DNA from: Bacteroidota bacterium
GTDB lineage: Bacteria; Bacteroidota; Ignavibacteria; UBA10030
Length of the DNA stretch: 64,000 nucleotides
Direction: 5' to 3'
Assembly: GCA_041695045.1 (NCBI GenBank)
Contig: JBGFRR010000063.1
Span: 5,754 to 69,753 of the forward strand
Both the position numbers and the translations under genes were made by a program. Below, piece by piece: positions 60,232-64,000 of this stretch (the stretch's first letter is position 1; each line of letters opens with the position of its first letter). Below the pieces are notes generated by a model. It made no database searches. It was not told the origin of the DNA and saw only the letters and a program-made list of their open reading frames with translations.

Positions 60232-61665
60232 ATGGCACAGCTCGCACGCACGAAGTCTACTCCAGACCCGGATGCTCCGTTGACCCCGACCTTTCAATCT
60301 GTTCAGGAACTCACCCCGCGACAGATCGTCCGGGAGCTCGACAAATACATCATCGGCCAGCAAGCGGCAAAGAAGTCCGTAGCCATCGCCCTCCGTAATC
60401 GCTGGCGGAGGCTTCAAGCGCCCGAAGCGCTGCGCGAGGAGATCATGCCGAACAACATCATCCTCATTGGCCCGACAGGAGTGGGAAAGACCGAGATAGC
60501 GCGGCGGCTGGCGAAGTTAGCGCGAGCGCCGTTCATCAAGGTCGAGGCGTCGAAGTTCACTGAAGTTGGCTATGTAGGACGCGATGTCGAGTCCATGATC
60601 CGCGACCTCACGGAGATCGGCGTGAACATGGTGAAGGCGGAGAAGACCCAGGAGGTGCAGGGACGCGCGTGTCGATTAGCCGAGGAACGAGTACTGGACA
60701 TCCTCCTCCCTCCCGTTCGGACACCGCCCCGACTTGTCGGGGAGGTCGGGGGAGACGCGGCACAGGCGGAGAGCGACGGAGAAACAACGCGGAAGCGGTT
60801 TCGCGAAATGCTTCGTAACGGCACACTCGACGAGCGTGTCATCGAGCTTGAACTCTCCGCTCCGCAGATGCCGTTGATGCAGGTGATGGGACCGATGAGC
60901 CTCGAAGAGATGGGAATCAACGTTCAGGAAATGCTCGGCGGTCTGTTGCCGAAGAAAAACAAGCAGCGTCGGATGACGGTGAAGGAAGCGCTGGCCGTCC
61001 TCACGCAGGAGGAGGCGCAGAAGCTCATCGACATGGAACAAGTCATGAAGGAAGCTATCGAGCGGATTGAGAATTCGGGGATCGTCTTTATTGATGAGAT
61101 CGACAAGATTACAAGCAGCAAGGGGCAAACCTCGGGGCCGGATGTTTCGCGCGAAGGCGTGCAGCGGGACCTGCTCCCCATCGTCGAAGGCTCCAGCGTG
61201 CTCACGAAGTACGGCATGGTCAAGACCGATCACATCCTGTTCATCGCATCGGGCGCGTTCCACGTTGCCAAGCCGTCTGACCTCATTCCAGAGCTGCAGG
61301 GGCGCTTCCCCATCCGCGTCGAGTTGCGTAGCCTGACCGAGGAGGACTTTGTGAAGATTCTCACGCTGCCTCAGAATGCTTTGCTGAAGCAATATGCCGC
61401 ATTGTTAGGAACCGAGGGCATCACGCTTCAGTTCGACGATGATGCTATCCAGGAGATTGCCCGCGTCGCCTACGAGGTCAACGAGCAAGTCGAAAACATC
61501 GGTGCTCGCCGGCTGCATACGGTCATGACAACGCTTCTGGAAGAATTCCTCTTCGAGTCTCCCGACGGTATCAACGCCCGAACCATCTCCATCTCAAAAA
61601 CCGCGGTTCAGGAGAAGCTCAGCTCTATTGTCCGCAATCGCGACCTCAGCCGGTACATCCTTTAG
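60232..61665 (+). CDS. hslU: ATP-dependent protease ATPase subunit HslU
   Basis: ATG at 60232 (MAQLARTK...[17 protein letters not shown]). A GTG at 60226 overlapping the hslV stop is an alternative. Walker A GPTGVGKT. Confidence 0.9.
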   Translation: MAQLARTKSTPDPDAPLTPTFQSVQELTPRQIVRELDKYIIGQQAAKKSVAIALRNRWRRLQAPEALREEIMPNNIILIGPTGVGKTEIARRLAKLARAPFIKVEASKFTEVGYVGRDVESMIRDLTEIGVNMVKAEKTQEVQGRACRLAEERVLDILLPPVRTPPRLVGEVGGDAAQAESDGETTRKRFREMLRNGTLDERVIELELSAPQMPLMQVMGPMSLEEMGINVQEMLGGLLPKKNKQRRMTVKEALAVLTQEEAQKLIDMEQVMKEAIERIENSGIVFIDEIDKITSSKGQTSGPDVSREGVQRDLLPIVEGSSVLTKYGMVKTDHILFIASGAFHVAKPSDLIPELQGRFPIRVELRSLTEEDFVKILTLPQNALLKQYAALLGTEGITLQFDDDAIQEIARVAYEVNEQVENIGARRLHTVMTTLLEEFLFESPDGINARTISISKTAVQEKLSSIVRNRDLSRYIL

Positions 61666-61711
61666 CGGTGTTCGTTCCTCTTGGTAGTCGTTTTGCCTCT
61701 TTGCTACAAAC

Positions 61712-61750
61712 TCCACCAAAAAACAAAGGCGGCCCGAATGGACCGCCTTT
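61712..61750 (-). terminator. Bidirectional intrinsic terminator between hslU and the DUF3467 gene
   Basis: Hairpin AAAGGCGG / CCGCCTTT (61725-61750) flanked by an A-run on the plus strand, which is a T-run for the minus-strand gene. Confidence 0.55.
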
Positions 61751-61774
61751 GTCATCTCGACGCTGAGAGATTCT

Positions 61775-62098
61775 TTAGTGGATCTTTTCTCCCTTCGGCG
61801 ACGGCTGGAACCCCATCCCCTGTCCGCCGGCAATCTCTCCCACCAACTTAATCTCTCCGAATTTTTTCTCGTACTTATCGATGTTGTCCTTGATCGCATT
61901 GAGCAACATCTTGGCGTGCTGGGGCGTCATGATGATACGGGCATGCACTTTTGCTTTCGGTACGCCCGGCAGAACGCGGGTAAAGTCGATGACGAACTCT
62001 GCCGGTGAGTGCGTGATAATGGCGAGGTTCGAGTAAATCCCCTCCGCCTCTTTCTCTCCCAACTCGATGTTGATCTGCTGTGGTGACTGCTCTTCCAT
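61775..62098 (-). CDS. DUF3467 family protein
   Basis: ATG at 62098 (MEEQSPQQINIELGEKEAEGIYSNLAIITHSPAEFVIDF). A conserved small protein in FCB-group bacteria. Confidence 0.6.
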   Translation of the reverse strand: MEEQSPQQINIELGEKEAEGIYSNLAIITHSPAEFVIDFTRVLPGVPKAKVHARIIMTPQHAKMLLNAIKDNIDKYEKKFGEIKLVGEIAGGQGMGFQPSPKGEKIH

Positions 62099-62195
62099 GT
62101 TCGTCTCCTTTGCGATGGAACAACACAAAGCCTATGACTGCGCATCGGCCAGAGGTGCCTGCACGCATGCGTGCAACCGTAGGCTGGATCCCTGG

Positions 62196-63581
62196 TTATC
62201 GGCCCTGGCGGAGTTTATCCGCCTTTGTAAACGCGTCGGCGGCCTTCTGCGTTTGGCCAAGGCGCGCATAGATTGTGCCGATCGTTTCCAAGATCTCCGG
62301 CGACTCGGGGCGCTGCTGCAACACCTTCTCCATGTACGGAAGGGCCTTCTCAAACTTTTCTGTCGCTTCCTTCGATTGCTCCCGCTCTCCACGGTCTTCC
62401 GCCGCACGAATCAAATCAACACCCCAGTTGTAGTATGTCGCTCCAATGTCGTAAATCGCATCGCCAAACTCCGGATCGATGCGGACCGCCTCCTTGAACT
62501 GGTCAATGGCGTCATCGTAGCGGCCATCCTGCCGCAACAGGACCCCGAGCAAATACCGGCTCTGTTTGTTTTCCGGGTCCTGTTTGACTTGATCCGCAAA
62601 GACGGTAATCGCTTCCTTGATACGCTCCGATTCCACGTACGCTTGCAGCAGTACGTTGACGGTCTCTGTATCCTTCGGGTCGCTTGCGATAGCTTCCTCT
62701 AGGATCGTCACCGCCTCGGCAAATTCTACCATCGCCTTCCGGTAGTTAGTTGAATCAATACCGGGATTGTAGGGCGATTGGAACTTCTTCTCCACAACTC
62801 TGTCATTATCCATGGCGAGGACGAGGTTATACTTGCTGTACGTCCAGTCTTCCTTCTTCGTCCCTCTCGGCCCTCGGCGAACGTTCGACGGTTCGCCCAA
62901 CAGCATGCGAACGTCTTCCGTGCGGGTGTTCTTCCGAACCTGATTCAAGTTGGCCAGTGCGCGAAGCTGTTCCCTGTTCTCGGTCTCAAACTTGTTCTTC
63001 AGCTCAAGGCCGAGGAACACGTGGATGCGTCCTGCCCGCTTTGCCGATTCGATCTCGTCCCCCATCTTCCATGCCTTCTTAAACGTCTCAAGCGCCTGCC
63101 GGTAGTCTCCCTTATTGTTGTACGCGTAGGCAAGGTAACGGTAGGTCAGGGCAGTATCCGGTATGGCGGCGATGGCTTTGGTGAACTCGTCGATCGACTT
63201 GTCAAAGAATTCCGCCGAATCGCTGGATGCGCGTTCCAGATAGTTCACGCCCGCATTAATGTGCACGCCCCATCTGGTGTATCGAATCCCGTAAATTTCT
63301 TGCGCATGCGTAGGAGCCAGTTTGAGCGCCTGGTCGAACGCTTCGTTCATCCCCTTGTAATCGCCAAGGTCGGCACGCACGGCGCCGAGCAGATACCAGG
63401 CCTCTTCGTTCGTGGGATTGTTGGCCACTTCTTTCTCAAGCAGCGGAAGCGCCTCTTGATAGTTGTGTTGTTGGATGTGGATCTTCGCGCCTGTGAGCTC
63501 AGGCGAGGCGCATTGAAAACCCTGAAACACGAGCAGCGCCATTACAAGACCCGTACCCCACACGATCGTCCTTCTATTCAT
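62196..63581 (-). CDS. TPR-repeat lipoprotein
   Basis: ATG at 63581 with a lipoprotein-like signal (MNRRTIVWGTGLVMALLVFQGFQCAS). Multiple TPR units (AWYLLG, YRYLAYAY, etc.). Confidence 0.65.
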   Translation of the reverse strand: MNRRTIVWGTGLVMALLVFQGFQCASPELTGAKIHIQQHNYQEALPLLEKEVANNPTNEEAWYLLGAVRADLGDYKGMNEAFDQALKLAPTHAQEIYGIRYTRWGVHINAGVNYLERASSDSAEFFDKSIDEFTKAIAAIPDTALTYRYLAYAYNNKGDYRQALETFKKAWKMGDEIESAKRAGRIHVFLGLELKNKFETENREQLRALANLNQVRKNTRTEDVRMLLGEPSNVRRGPRGTKKEDWTYSKYNLVLAMDNDRVVEKKFQSPYNPGIDSTNYRKAMVEFAEAVTILEEAIASDPKDTETVNVLLQAYVESERIKEAITVFADQVKQDPENKQSRYLLGVLLRQDGRYDDAIDQFKEAVRIDPEFGDAIYDIGATYYNWGVDLIRAAEDRGEREQSKEATEKFEKALPYMEKVLQQRPESPEILETIGTIYARLGQTQKAADAFTKADKLRQGR

Positions 63582-63795
63582 GATGTCTTCCTTACTAAAA
63601 ATTGGGTGGGAGATTGCAAAGCAGTAAGGTAAAATATACCAAAACTCGTGAGGAGAAGCAAGACAGATGAACGCAGTCGCCGTAGCATCGCTTTTGAGAC
63701 CACGCGATGCTATCATGCGTGTTCTTTGACTTTCGGGCGAATAATGGGTAGATTCGTTCCGCCACTGATTACTGCGACACACGTGATTCGAACGC

Positions 63796-64000
63796 ATGAG
63801 CGACTGCACATTCTGTAAGATCATCCGCCGAGAACTCGACGCAGAAATTCTCTACGAAAACCTCCGCGCCATCTGTATCCTCGACATCAACCCTATCCAC
63901 TACGGCCACGCACTCGTTATTCCCAAGCTGCACTGCACCAATTTCCTCAACCTCCCACGCGAAGCCTTCGCCGATGTTCTTGACGCTACCCATGTTATTG
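63796..64000 (+). CDS. HIT-family (histidine triad) protein, 5' partial
   Basis: MSDCTFCKIIRRELDAEILYENLRAICILDINPIHYGHALVIPK... is the HIT N-terminus. Runs off the end of the window. Confidence 0.7.
   Translation, partial: MSDCTFCKIIRRELDAEILYENLRAICILDINPIHYGHALVIPKLHCTNFLNLPREAFADVLDATHVI

Overview
This is a GC-rich (~58-60%) bacterial chromosomal window, densely coding, with about 60 supported genes. It is mostly housekeeping. Among them are ribosomal proteins L9 and L31, 2-oxoacid:ferredoxin oxidoreductase KorAB, NrnA, PepA, PdxA, FtsE, Mrp/NifU, PurC, Aat, PfkA, RmuC, Tdh-Kbl, RsmB, NagB, GlyRS, DprA, RpoN and HslVU. The ZIP transporter is also called. A GWxTD-domain protein and a PorQ-like outer-membrane barrel suggest an FCB-group (Ignavibacteria/Chlorobi/Rhodothermia-like) origin; this is inference. 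Accessory or unusual content: (1) an AT-richer island carrying a gamma-class N6-adenine methyltransferase plus a PD-(D/E)xK endonuclease, i.e. a Type II R-M system. (2) A BrnT/BrnA toxin-antitoxin pair. (3) An RtcB-archease RNA-repair module split by a 575-bp highly structured non-coding region, with nested inverted repeats, a recurring palindrome family and an intrinsic terminator. rtcB is immediately followed by an AddA-like helicase-nuclease, while the AddB-like partner lies 6 kb away. (4) A tightly coupled six-gene operon: AMMECR1, Memo, DUF2520, PHP phosphatase, a hypothetical and a sugar nucleotidyltransferase, with no radical-SAM partner. (5) An orphan EutN/CcmL microcompartment vertex protein beside dprA. 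(6) tRNA-His preceded by tandem 123-bp repeats of its own 5' junction. (7) A carbamoyl-phosphate hub operon: OTC, carbamate kinase, ATCase, ornithine aminotransferase and a COG2403 P-loop protein. (8) A small Cys-motif ORF translationally coupled to rpoN. The high GC produces many long antisense ORFs that were rejected.
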